Positions 38,231-47,186 of a stretch of 64,000 bases of DNA are shown piece by piece; position 1 is the first letter of the stretch, and each line of letters opens with the position of its first letter. The DNA comes from Acidimicrobiia bacterium (GTDB lineage Bacteria > Actinomycetota > Acidimicrobiia > Acidimicrobiales > Aldehydirespiratoraceae), in the NCBI GenBank assembly GCA_022820805.1, contig JAJEEV010000043.1, forward strand, positions 11,363-75,362, read 5' to 3'. A program made the position numbers and the translations under genes. The notes beneath the pieces are model-generated. The model ran no database searches, was not told the DNA's origin, and worked only from the letters and a program-made list of their open reading frames with translations.

Positions 38231-40962
38231 GGCCGCTCGGCGGTGTCGCCACGGCAGGAAGGCGCGTCGGGGCTGTGCTGGTCGGCGCGGTGGTCGCGCT
38301 GACGGTCGCCTTCGTGGTCCTCAACGTCCGGCCATGGCTGTGGTTCGACGACACCACCCCCACCGGCGGAGACCTCGGCGCGCACGTCTGGGGGCCGGCC
38401 TACCTGCGCGATGTGCTGATACCGGAGCTCAGGCTCACCGGCTGGACCCACGACTGGTACGCGGGCTTCCCCGCCTTCACCTTCTACATGGTGATCCCGT
38501 CACTGCTGGTGGTGATCGTCGACGCGGGCCTCGATCTCGGCATCGGCCTGTACGCCTACCTGGCTGTAGTCGCGGCTGCGGGCGGGCTCGCCTGGGCGAT
38601 CGTCGGGCGCACCCGGTGGACTGCGGCCCAGCGCTGGGCCGTGGCGCTGGGCGTCGCCGGGATCGCCGGGGCGGCGAAGCTGTTCATCGACGACCTCGAG
38701 ACGAACCGTGCCGTCGCGGCTCTGCTGCTCCCGGCCGCCTGCGGGGGGTGGGCGTGGCACCTGCTGCGATCCCGGCCCCGCTGGAGGGCCCCAGCCGCGG
38801 CAGCGGCGTCACTGCTGGCGCTGCTCGTGGTTCCCATGCCCTACGGCGTGTCCCTCAAGCTGGTGGCGATCGCCGGGGTGGTCGCCCTGCCGGTGGCCGT
38901 CTGGGCCATGGCCCGGTGGGCGGGGGTGGGACTCGAGGGCCAGGCCCTGGCCTCCGCGGCCACCCTGCTGTTCCTGTTCGACCGCTCGTTCAACATCTAC
39001 GGCGGCAACCTGATGTCCACGATGGCGGGCGAGTTCGCCTACTCGCTCGGCCTGGCCGTGGCGGTGCTCTTCATCGGCATCGCGGCCCGGGGCATCGACG
39101 CCGGCCGCCACCGCCTCCTGGCCGGCGCGCTGCTGGCCCTCACCGGGCTGCTGCACCTGTTCTCGGCCTTCCTCGCCCTGGCCGCGACCGCGGCGCTGCT
39201 GCTGACCGGCCGGTGGCGCCGGGCCGAATGGCTCGAGCGGCTGAGATGGACCCTGGCCGCCGGCGCGCTGGGAGCGGCCCTCAGCGCCTGGTGGGTGCTG
39301 CCCTTCTGGTGGAGCCGGAGCCTGCTCAACGACATGGGCTGGGGCAAGGAGCGCCGCTACCTGTCGTCACTGTGGTCGCGCAGCTCCTTCGACTACAACT
39401 TCCTGGTAAACCACCCCCCGCTTCAACTGTTCGTGGTCGTGGCGCTAGCGGGCTCCGCGCTGCTGCTTCTGAGACGGTCCCGGCCGCTGCGACTGAGGCT
39501 GTCCCGGCTTCACGCCGCGCTGGCGGCAACCGGGGCCATCTTCGCGGTGGCGTTCGTGGTGATGCCTGAGGGGCGGCTGTGGAACGTCAGGATCCTGCCC
39601 TTCTACTACCTCACCGTCTACCTGACGGCCGCCCTCGCCGTGGGCGAGCTGATCGGATGGGCCCGCTCACGGCTCGATCAGCGGCACGCGGCCCGCACCG
39701 AAGCGGGAGCCGACGTCGGCCGGCCGGGGGCCGTCGCCGGATCCGTCACCGCCGGCGGGTGCGTTGCGCTCGCCGTGGTCGCGGTGCTGGTGGCGGTGGG
39801 CCTGCCGCTGCGCTCGCTGCCCGGCGGCAGCCTCGGCGACGACGGCGTCTACCGCTGGGGGCCCTTCAGCGCGAGGGACTCCAACCTGGGCTCCTACTGG
39901 GTGCAGTACAACTTCGAGGGCTACGAGGGCCGGAAGCCGACGGCGGACGGAGGCGGCAGCGCCGAGTACTGGGAGCTGGTCGACACCATGGGCCGCGTCG
40001 GCGAGAGCCGGGGCTGCGGCCCGTCGCTGTGGGAATACGGCTCGGGGCGGCTCGGCTCCTACGGCACCCCGATGGCGCCGATGCTGCTGCCCTACTGGAC
40101 CGACCGGTGCATCGGCTCCATGGAGGGTCTCTACTTCGAGGCCTCGTCCACGACGCCCTACCACTTCCTGATGCAGTCCGAGCTGTCGGCTGCGCCGTCA
40201 CGGGCCCAGCGCGACCTGCCTTACAGCGGCCTCGACGTGGCCCGGGGGACCGAGCACATGCGGGCCATGGGCGTGCGCTACTACATGGCCTTCTCCGACG
40301 ACGCCGTGCGCCAGGCCCGATCGGTGCGCGGGCTCACCGAGGTTGCCGACTCGGGTCCGTGGGTCGTGTTCGAGGTGGCCGGCAGCGCGCCGGTGACCGG
40401 CCTGGACAGGCTGCCGGTGATCGTGGAGGGCATCGACCGCTCCAGCGACTCCTGGCTGGAGGCAGCCGTCGGAGCGTTCCTGGTCCAGGGTCCCGATGCA
40501 CCGCTGCTCGCGGCCGACGGGCCCGAGGAATGGCCGCGGATGGTCCTGCCGAGCACCCATCCCGAGACCGACTCCGAGAACGGCACCGGCCCCGCGCCCG
40601 AGCGGGAGCAGGTGATGCGCCGGCTGGCCGCGCTGCTGCCGGAGTCGGCCCCCCGCAGCGACATCGAGCCGGCCGTAGTGAGCGATGTGGTCCGCCGGGA
40701 CCACTCGATCTCGTTCTCGGTCGACCGGGTCGGCGCGCCGGTGCTGGTGCACACCTCGTACTTTCCCAACTGGTCGGTATCGGGCGCGCAGGGCCCCTAC
40801 CGGGTCACGCCGAACTTCATGGTCGTCGTGCCCACCGACACCGACGTGCGCCTCAGCTACGGGCACAGCGCGGTGGAGTGGATTGCGCTCGCGATCACGC
40901 TCGGCGGTCTGGCCGTCGTAGGGTGGCTCCTGGTGTTCCGGAGACAGTCAGCCATACCGTGA
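38227..40962 (+). CDS. large polytopic membrane protein, GT-C-fold glycosyltransferase candidate (YfhO / PTPS-related membrane protein-like)
   Basis: C-terminal 911 aa of ORF 37549..40962. GTG 38227 overlaps the CPBP stop (GTGA). It has a first-loop TGGDLGAHVW, about 12 TM segments, a large soluble domain and a terminal TM segment. Confidence 0.6.
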   Translation: MRPLGGVATAGRRVGAVLVGAVVALTVAFVVLNVRPWLWFDDTTPTGGDLGAHVWGPAYLRDVLIPELRLTGWTHDWYAGFPAFTFYMVIPSLLVVIVDAGLDLGIGLYAYLAVVAAAGGLAWAIVGRTRWTAAQRWAVALGVAGIAGAAKLFIDDLETNRAVAALLLPAACGGWAWHLLRSRPRWRAPAAAAASLLALLVVPMPYGVSLKLVAIAGVVALPVAVWAMARWAGVGLEGQALASAATLLFLFDRSFNIYGGNLMSTMAGEFAYSLGLAVAVLFIGIAARGIDAGRHRLLAGALLALTGLLHLFSAFLALAATAALLLTGRWRRAEWLERLRWTLAAGALGAALSAWWVLPFWWSRSLLNDMGWGKERRYLSSLWSRSSFDYNFLVNHPPLQLFVVVALAGSALLLLRRSRPLRLRLSRLHAALAATGAIFAVAFVVMPEGRLWNVRILPFYYLTVYLTAALAVGELIGWARSRLDQRHAARTEAGADVGRPGAVAGSVTAGGCVALAVVAVLVAVGLPLRSLPGGSLGDDGVYRWGPFSARDSNLGSYWVQYNFEGYEGRKPTADGGGSAEYWELVDTMGRVGESRGCGPSLWEYGSGRLGSYGTPMAPMLLPYWTDRCIGSMEGLYFEASSTTPYHFLMQSELSAAPSRAQRDLPYSGLDVARGTEHMRAMGVRYYMAFSDDAVRQARSVRGLTEVADSGPWVVFEVAGSAPVTGLDRLPVIVEGIDRSSDSWLEAAVGAFLVQGPDAPLLAADGPEEWPRMVLPSTHPETDSENGTGPAPEREQVMRRLAALLPESAPRSDIEPAVVSDVVRRDHSISFSVDRVGAPVLVHTSYFPNWSVSGAQGPYRVTPNFMVVVPTDTDVRLSYGHSAVEWIALAITLGGLAVVGWLLVFRRQSAIP

Positions 40963-41684
40963 GACTCTCGGTGGTGGTTCCCGCCTACCGCGAGGTGGGC
41001 CGCATCGGCACGACCGTGGCCTCCCTGCGCGACGCCCTCGCGCCCGCGCACTCCGACGGCGGCGTCGAGATCGTGGTGGTCGACGACGGCTCCGACGACG
41101 GCACGGCCGAGGCCAGCCGGGCCGCCGGGGCCGACGTGGTGGTGGAGTTCCCGGCCAACCGGGGCAAGGGCGCCGCGGTGCGCGCCGGGATGCGGGCCTC
41201 CTCCGGAGCGGTCGTGGCCTTCACCGACGCCGACCTCTCCTACGCGCCCGACCAGATCCTCGGACTGCTCGAGGAGGTGGAGCAGGGAGCCGACGCCGCC
41301 GTGGGGGACCGGCGCCATCCCGACTCGGTCGCGGTGACGGATCCGTCCTGGTTGCGGCGGGCCGGCAGCCGGGCGGTGGCAGCGGCGTGCAGAATGCTCC
41401 GGCTCGGGCGGGGCCACGACACCCAGTGCGGCTTGAAGGCGTTCTCCCGGGAGGCGGCCAGCGAGCTGCTCGACGCTTCGGTGATGGAGAGGTTCGCCTT
41501 CGACGTCGAGTTGCTGTTCCTGGCCGAGCGTCTCGGCATGCGGGTGCGAGATGTGCCGGTGGAGGTGGTCAACAGCCGGGTGTCGTCGGTGCGGGTCGCC
41601 AGCGACGGCTGGGCTCTGGTGCTCGACATGTTCCGGATCCGAACCCGGGCGCTGCTGGGCCGGTACCCCGATATCGACGGCTGA
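40959..41684 (+). CDS. soluble GT2, polyprenol/dolichol-phosphate hexosyltransferase-like
   Basis: C-terminal 241 aa of ORF 39579..41684. GTG 40959 overlaps the upstream stop (GTGA). Key residues: LSVVVPAYRE, VVVDDGSDDGT, TDADLSY, QCGLKAF. Confidence 0.8.
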   Translation: MRLSVVVPAYREVGRIGTTVASLRDALAPAHSDGGVEIVVVDDGSDDGTAEASRAAGADVVVEFPANRGKGAAVRAGMRASSGAVVAFTDADLSYAPDQILGLLEEVEQGADAAVGDRRHPDSVAVTDPSWLRRAGSRAVAAACRMLRLGRGHDTQCGLKAFSREAASELLDASVMERFAFDVELLFLAERLGMRVRDVPVEVVNSRVSSVRVASDGWALVLDMFRIRTRALLGRYPDIDG

Positions 41685-41693
41685 GAGGCCGGG

Positions 41694-43037
41694 GTGGGCG
41701 ACTTCGACGCCATCTTCAAGGCCTACGACATCCGGGGGATCGTGGGCGAGCAGATCGACGCCGGAGCCTGCTTCGCCATCGGAGGCGCCTTCGCGGGCCA
41801 CGTGCGCGACCGCGGCGCTTCCCGGGTGGTGGTCGGCCGTGACATGCGCCCCGACGGAGCCGAGCTGTCGGGCGCCTTCTGCGACGGCGTCGTCGCGGCC
41901 GGGGTCGATGTCGTGGACATCGGGCTGTGCGCCACCGAGGTCGTGTACTTCGCCTCCGGGACGCTGGACGCGCCCGGCGCCATGTTCACCGCGTCGCACA
42001 ACCCGGTGGGTTACAACGGCATCAAGCTCTGCGGGCCGGGCGCGTCGCCGATCGGAACCGGCACCGGACTCGGCGACGTCAAGGCGCGGGCGATCGAGGG
42101 GCCTCCGGCGGCTGTCGCGCCCGGGCGGGCGGAGCGCCGCGACCTCCTCGACTCCTACGTGGAGCACGTCCGGTCGTTCGTGGACATCGCTGCGCTGCGA
42201 CCCCTGCGACTGGCCGTCGACACCGCCAACGGCATGGGGGGCCTGGTGGCTCCAGCGGTGTTCGAGACTCTGCCCTTCGAGGTCGACTACCTCTACCCGG
42301 AGCTCGACGGCACGTTCCCCAACCACCCGGCCGATCCCCTGAAGCCGGAGAACCTGGTCGACCTGCAGGACCGGGTTCGGGACGGGGCCGCCGACGCGGG
42401 CCTGGCCTTCGACGGCGACGCCGACCGGGTCTTCGTCGTGGACGAGGGGTCCGGCGCGATGTCCGGATCGCTGACCGCGTCGATCCTCGCGGTGGCGATG
42501 CTGGAGCGCGAGCCGGGCGCGACCGTCATCCACAACCTGATCTGCTCTAGAGCCCTGCCCGAGATCGTGTCGGAGAGGGGAGGGCAGGCGGTGCGATCCC
42601 GGGTGGGGCACTCGTTCATGAAGCAGGCGATGGCCGCCCACTCGGCGGTCCTCGGGGGCGAGCACTCCGGCCACTACTACTTCCGCGAGAATTTCGGCGC
42701 CGACGGTGCCATGATCGCGGTGCTGGTGCTGCTGGAGGCGCTCAGCCGCCACGGGGGCCGGCTCAGCGAGCTGGCCGCAACGCTGGAGCGCTATGCCGCC
42801 TCCGGGGAGATCAACACCGAGGTCCCCGACCCGGCAGCCGCGATCGAGCGGGTGGCGGCCGTGTTCGAGGGCTGCGAGCAGGACCGCCTCGACGGCCTCA
42901 GCGTCGACTGCGGCGACTGGTGGTTCAACCTGCGGCCCTCGAACACCGAGCCGCTGCTGCGCCTCAACCTGGAGGCCGCCGGGGCCGGCGACGTGAAAGC
43001 CCGGGTGGCTGAGGTGCGCGCCCTGATAGTTCCGTAG
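41694..43037 (+). CDS. manB: phosphomannomutase/phosphoglucomutase
   Basis: ORF 41694..43037. It has the active-site loop TASHNPVGYNGIK, metal site FDGDADR and sugar loop GGEHSGH. Confidence 0.9.
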   Translation: MGDFDAIFKAYDIRGIVGEQIDAGACFAIGGAFAGHVRDRGASRVVVGRDMRPDGAELSGAFCDGVVAAGVDVVDIGLCATEVVYFASGTLDAPGAMFTASHNPVGYNGIKLCGPGASPIGTGTGLGDVKARAIEGPPAAVAPGRAERRDLLDSYVEHVRSFVDIAALRPLRLAVDTANGMGGLVAPAVFETLPFEVDYLYPELDGTFPNHPADPLKPENLVDLQDRVRDGAADAGLAFDGDADRVFVVDEGSGAMSGSLTASILAVAMLEREPGATVIHNLICSRALPEIVSERGGQAVRSRVGHSFMKQAMAAHSAVLGGEHSGHYYFRENFGADGAMIAVLVLLEALSRHGGRLSELAATLERYAASGEINTEVPDPAAAIERVAAVFEGCEQDRLDGLSVDCGDWWFNLRPSNTEPLLRLNLEAAGAGDVKARVAEVRALIVP

Positions 43038-43082
43038 CATCAGGGGCCAGGACACTCCGCCGCGACTCCAGGAGGTTCCGTC

Positions 43083-43343
43083 TTGACGCTCGATGCCCGG
43101 CTGCTGGAAATCCTCGCGTGCCCGTCCGACAAGGGTCCGCTGCTGTACTTCGACGACGAGCAGGCGCTCTACAACCCGCGGCTCCGGCTCCGCTACCGGG
43201 TTGAGGACGGCATCCCGGTGATGCTGATCGAGGAGGCCACCACCGCCGACGACGCCGAGCATGGTCGTCTGGTGGCCAAGGCCGAGGCCGACGGCTTGCG
43301 GCCCACCTTCGAAGCCGGCGATGCCGGCGGGCGCGACGGCTGA
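43083..43343 (+). CDS. Trm112-family small protein
   Basis: ORF 43083..43343 (TTG start). Key residues: LLEILACPSDKGPL...EDGIPVMLIEEA. Confidence 0.7.
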   Translation: MTLDARLLEILACPSDKGPLLYFDDEQALYNPRLRLRYRVEDGIPVMLIEEATTADDAEHGRLVAKAEADGLRPTFEAGDAGGRDG

Positions 43344-43358
43344 TCGGAGCGGCGCGCC

Positions 43359-44318
43359 ATGGCCACCGAGGAGCTGTTCGAGGCACTCAGGCATCTGCCG
43401 GACCAGGTGCGCGATGCTGCCGTGGCCGCAGCCGACGTCGAGGGCCTGCCCGGTCCCGCCGAGATCACCGACGTGGTGATCGTGGGCGCGGGCGGGGGAG
43501 GGGTCGCCGGCGACGTGGTGGAGTCGGTCGCCCACTTGCAGGGCTCGGTGCCGGTGCAGGCCACCGGCGGGCTCAGCCCGGCCTGGCTGTCGGAGTCGTC
43601 GCTGGTGGTGGCGGTGTCGCAGTCGGGCGACGACCGGCCGACGGTGGCTGCGACCCGGGTCGCCCATGCCAGCGGCGCCCGCATGGTGGCCGTCACCTCC
43701 GGCGGCGAGCTCATGGAGATGTGCACGGCCTGGGGTGTGCCTGTCGCGAGGGTGGACCCCTTCGCCGGCCCGGCCGCCGGACTGGGCGTGGTGATAGTGC
43801 CGGTGCTGGTGCTGCTCGAGCGGGTGGGCGTGCTGGCCGGCATGAACCGGCTGATCTCCGAGAGTGCCGAGCAGATCGAGGCCCGCCGACGGCTCATCGA
43901 CGCCGATCCTGGGTCTGTCGAGGCTCTGGCCGAGAGCGTGCGGGGACGGATGGCGGTGGTGTGCGGCTCCGGCGGTGTCGGCAAGCACGCCGCCCGTCGC
44001 TGGGTGCACCGGCTCGACCGTGTCGGCGGTGTGTCGTCGGTGCGGCGCAACCTCCCCGCCGACGAGGCCGAGGCGGCGTCCTGGGCCACGCTGGCCCGAA
44101 GGATCGGAGCCGGGGTCACCGCGATCGTGCTGCGCCACGACTTCGAGCCGCCGGGGCTCTCCGATCGCATCGACCTGCTCGGCTCGGCCGTCACCGCCCT
44201 GCACGAGGTGCGGGCCGCGGGCGAGGGCGCTCTGGCCCAGCTGCTGGACCTGGTGCTCGTCGGCGACGCGGTGGCGGAGCTGGCCGCGCCGCGCCGCCCT
44301 GCCCTCGAAGACCCGTGA
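43359..44318 (+). CDS. SIS-domain protein (phosphoglucose/phosphomannose isomerase-like)
   Basis: ORF 43359..44318. It shows a two-SIS-lobe pattern (VVIVGAGGGG..., VVAVSQSGDD). Its position between manB and manA matches the actinobacterial arrangement. Confidence 0.65.
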   Translation: MATEELFEALRHLPDQVRDAAVAAADVEGLPGPAEITDVVIVGAGGGGVAGDVVESVAHLQGSVPVQATGGLSPAWLSESSLVVAVSQSGDDRPTVAATRVAHASGARMVAVTSGGELMEMCTAWGVPVARVDPFAGPAAGLGVVIVPVLVLLERVGVLAGMNRLISESAEQIEARRRLIDADPGSVEALAESVRGRMAVVCGSGGVGKHAARRWVHRLDRVGGVSSVRRNLPADEAEAASWATLARRIGAGVTAIVLRHDFEPPGLSDRIDLLGSAVTALHEVRAAGEGALAQLLDLVLVGDAVAELAAPRRPALEDP

Positions 44319-44350
44319 GCGCGGCGAGCAAGAGCGGGAAACCCGGCACC
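44312..44350 (+). repeat. truncated/diverged copy E of the intergenic element core
   Basis: CCCGTGAGCGcgGCGAgCAAGAGCGGGAA matches the central core. The TGA of its CCCGTGAGC is the stop codon of the SIS gene. Confidence 0.6.
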
Positions 44351-44402
44351 GGACCACGATGAGCGGGCAATCCGCCTGCGCTCGCTCGGGGACGGCCGCG
44401 GC

Positions 44403-45566
44403 ATGGAGCTGATCGAGGGCGTGGTCCGCCACTACGACTGGGGATCGCTCACCGCCATACCGGAGTTGCTGGGCCGGGCCGGGACCGGAGAGCCCTGGGC
44501 CGAGCTCTGGCTGGGCGCCCACCCGGCCGCGCCGGCCACGGTGGGGGCCCGGGCCGAGCCGCTCGACCGGCTGATCGCGGCCGACCCGGTGGCGGCCGTG
44601 GGCCCTGCGGCGGCGTCGCGGTACGGCCGGCTGCCGTTCCTGCTGAAGGTGCTGGCCGCGGCCGCCCCGCTGTCGCTCCAGGCCCACCCCTCGGCCGAGC
44701 ACGCCGAGGCGGGGTTCTCGCGCGAAGAGGCCATGGGGATCCCCCGGGACGCGCCCCAGCGGATGTTCAGGGACCGCTCGGCCAAGCCCGAGCTGATCTG
44801 CGCTCTCAGCCGTTTCGAGGCGCTCTGCGGCTTCCGCGGCCCGGAGCGGACCGCGGCGCTGCTGGGGACCCTCGACGCGCCGGGTCTGGACTCTCTGCGA
44901 GGCCGTCTCGACGGTCTGCCCGGCTCGCAGATGCGCGATGTGCTCGCCTGGCTGCTGACCCTCGATCGGCCCGCGGCAGCCGCACTGGCCGAGTCCGCGG
45001 CCGACGCCTGCGCAGCGTCGCGTGATGACGACGAATGGTCCGGGCTCCGGTCGGCGGTGGCCGAGCTGGGCGCCCGTCACCCCGGCGACGTGGCGGTGGC
45101 CGTGGCGCTGCTGTTGAACCATGTGGTGCTGGCCCCCGGAGAGGCCCTGTTCCTCGACTCGGGGTGCCTCCACGCCTACCTGGGCGGCACCGCGGTGGAA
45201 CTGATGGCCGACTCCGACAACGTCGTGCGGGCCGGCCTGACGTCCAAGCACGTCGACCCGGCCGCCTTGTTGGAGATTGTCGAGGGCGCCGCGTCAGATG
45301 CTCCGGTCCAGCGCCCGCAGCCGGTCGACGGCATCGTCACCTACCACACGCCTGTGGCGGAGTTCTCGCTGCACCGACTCGAGATCGAGGGGTCGCTGAC
45401 GGTGGCAGCGGGACCGGCGGTGCTGCTGTGCACCGACGGATGTGTGGAGGCCGGCGGCCTGACCCTGGACCGCGGGACTGCAGCCTGGTCTGGCGCGAGC
45501 GAGCCCGAGGTGGCGCTGTCGGGGAAGGGAACCGTGTTCTGCGCCAGTCTCGGCGCCGGAGCCTGA
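44403..45566 (+). CDS. manA: mannose-6-phosphate isomerase, class I
   Basis: ORF 44403..45566. Key residues: YDWGS, ELWLGAHP, LPFLLKVLAA..PLSLQAHP, and the C-terminal cupin region. Confidence 0.9.
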   Translation: MELIEGVVRHYDWGSLTAIPELLGRAGTGEPWAELWLGAHPAAPATVGARAEPLDRLIAADPVAAVGPAAASRYGRLPFLLKVLAAAAPLSLQAHPSAEHAEAGFSREEAMGIPRDAPQRMFRDRSAKPELICALSRFEALCGFRGPERTAALLGTLDAPGLDSLRGRLDGLPGSQMRDVLAWLLTLDRPAAAALAESAADACAASRDDDEWSGLRSAVAELGARHPGDVAVAVALLLNHVVLAPGEALFLDSGCLHAYLGGTAVELMADSDNVVRAGLTSKHVDPAALLEIVEGAASDAPVQRPQPVDGIVTYHTPVAEFSLHRLEIEGSLTVAAGPAVLLCTDGCVEAGGLTLDRGTAAWSGASEPEVALSGKGTVFCASLGAGA

Positions 45567-45708
45567 GATCTCGGGGTGGTTTCTGCGGGTATGCGACACG
45601 TTCCTCTCCCGAGATTCGGCGGGCAGGGATCGGCTGTGACGTGCGGTTCGACGCCGGCTGACGGCCGCCCGGGTCGTTCGCACCCCGGGCACGGGTAGAC
45701 ACTGCTCT

Positions 45709-47139
45709 ATGGAAATGCGTGTTGCCGATCTCTCGCTGGCGCCGCTGGGACGGGCCGAGATCCGTCTGGCCGAGCACGAGATGCCCGGACTCATGGCGTT
45801 GCGGGGCCGTTACATCGACGATCAGCCCCTGGCCGGCGCCCGGATCGCGGGCTCGCTGCACATGACCGTGCAGACCGCGGTGCTCATCGAGACGCTGGTC
45901 GCCCTGGGCGCCCAGGTCCGGTGGGCGAGCTGCAACATCTTCTCCACTCAGGACCACGCGGCCGCGGCCGTCGCCGTCGGCCCCGGCGGCACCGTCGACG
46001 AGCCCCGGGGAGTGCCGGTGTTCGCGTGGAAGGGCGAGACCCTCCCGGAGTACTGGTGGGCCACCGAGCAGATCTTCCGCTGGCCCGGCGGGGGCGGGCC
46101 GAGCCTCATCCTCGATGACGGGGGAGACGCCACCCTGCTGGTCCACAAGGGACTCGAGTACGAGCGGGCAGGGGAGGTCCCGGCCGCCGGCGACGACGAC
46201 TCCGAGGAGTGGACCGTGGTCCTGGACCGGCTCCGTGACATCGCCCGCGATGACCCCGGGTTCTTCTCTCGGGTGGTGCCGACCATCAGGGGAGTGTCCG
46301 AGGAGACGACCACCGGCGTGATGCGGCTGCAGCAGATGCTGGAGCGGGGCGAGCTGCTGTTCCCGGCCATCAACGTGAACGACTCGGTCACCAAATCCAA
46401 GTTCGACAACCACTACGGCTGCCGCCATTCGCTGATCGACGGCATCAACCGGGCCACCGACGTGATGATCGGCGGCAAGGTGGCCGTGGTGTGCGGCTTC
46501 GGCGACGTGGGCAAGGGATGCGCCGCGGCCCTGAGGGGCCAGGGCGCCAGGGTGATCATCGCCGAGATCGACCCCATCTGCGCCCTCCAGGCGGCCATGG
46601 AGGGCTACGAGGTCAACACCCTGGAGGCGGTGGTGTCGGTCGGCGACATCTTCGTCACCGCCACCGGCAACGCCGGGGTCATCAGCGCCGGCCACATGGC
46701 CCGCATGAAGCACCAGGCCATCGTGGGCAACATCGGGCACTTCGACAACGAGGTGGACGTGGCCGGGCTGAACCGCATGTCGGACGTCCAGCGGGTGAAC
46801 ATCAAGGCCCAGGTGGACGAGTACGTCTTCGGCGACGGCCACTCGGTGATCCTGCTGTCGGAGGGCCGGCTGCTGAATCTGGGCAACGCCACCGGGCACC
46901 CCAGCTTCGTGATGTCGTGCAGCTTCACCAACCAGGTTCTGGCCCAGATGGAGCTGCACGCCAACGCCGACTCCATGCCGATCGACGTGACGACCCTGCC
47001 CCGCCGCCTCGACGAGGAGGTCGCCCGGCTGCACCTCGACTCGCTCGGCGTCCGCCTGACCCGGCTCACCCCCGAGCAGGCCGGCTACATCGGCGTGGAC
47101 GTCGACGGGCCCTACAAGCCCGACCACTACCGCTACTGA
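45709..47139 (+). CDS. ahcY: adenosylhomocysteinase
   Basis: ORF 45709..47139. Key residues: [24 protein letters not shown] site GFGDVGKG, and the C-terminal PYKPDHYRY. Confidence 0.95.
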   Translation: MEMRVADLSLAPLGRAEIRLAEHEMPGLMALRGRYIDDQPLAGARIAGSLHMTVQTAVLIETLVALGAQVRWASCNIFSTQDHAAAAVAVGPGGTVDEPRGVPVFAWKGETLPEYWWATEQIFRWPGGGGPSLILDDGGDATLLVHKGLEYERAGEVPAAGDDDSEEWTVVLDRLRDIARDDPGFFSRVVPTIRGVSEETTTGVMRLQQMLERGELLFPAINVNDSVTKSKFDNHYGCRHSLIDGINRATDVMIGGKVAVVCGFGDVGKGCAAALRGQGARVIIAEIDPICALQAAMEGYEVNTLEAVVSVGDIFVTATGNAGVISAGHMARMKHQAIVGNIGHFDNEVDVAGLNRMSDVQRVNIKAQVDEYVFGDGHSVILLSEGRLLNLGNATGHPSFVMSCSFTNQVLAQMELHANADSMPIDVTTLPRRLDEEVARLHLDSLGVRLTRLTPEQAGYIGVDVDGPYKPDHYRY

Positions 47140-47186
47140 CGGGCCATCCCGCGGAAGGGTCCCCCCACAGAGGGTAGCTTCACCCC

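Noticed and set aside
40857-45251. 1464-aa minus-strand ORF, the longest in the track
   Set aside because: It is antisense to five well-supported plus-strand genes (GT2, manB, Trm112-like, SIS, manA). Its translation is Arg/Gly/Pro/His-rich with no recognisable motif. This is the typical stop-free shadow frame of GC-rich DNA.
45567-45708. SAH riboswitch upstream of ahcY
   Set aside because: The conserved SAH-riboswitch sequence blocks are not present. Only generic hairpins are seen. A covariance-model scan would be needed to be sure.
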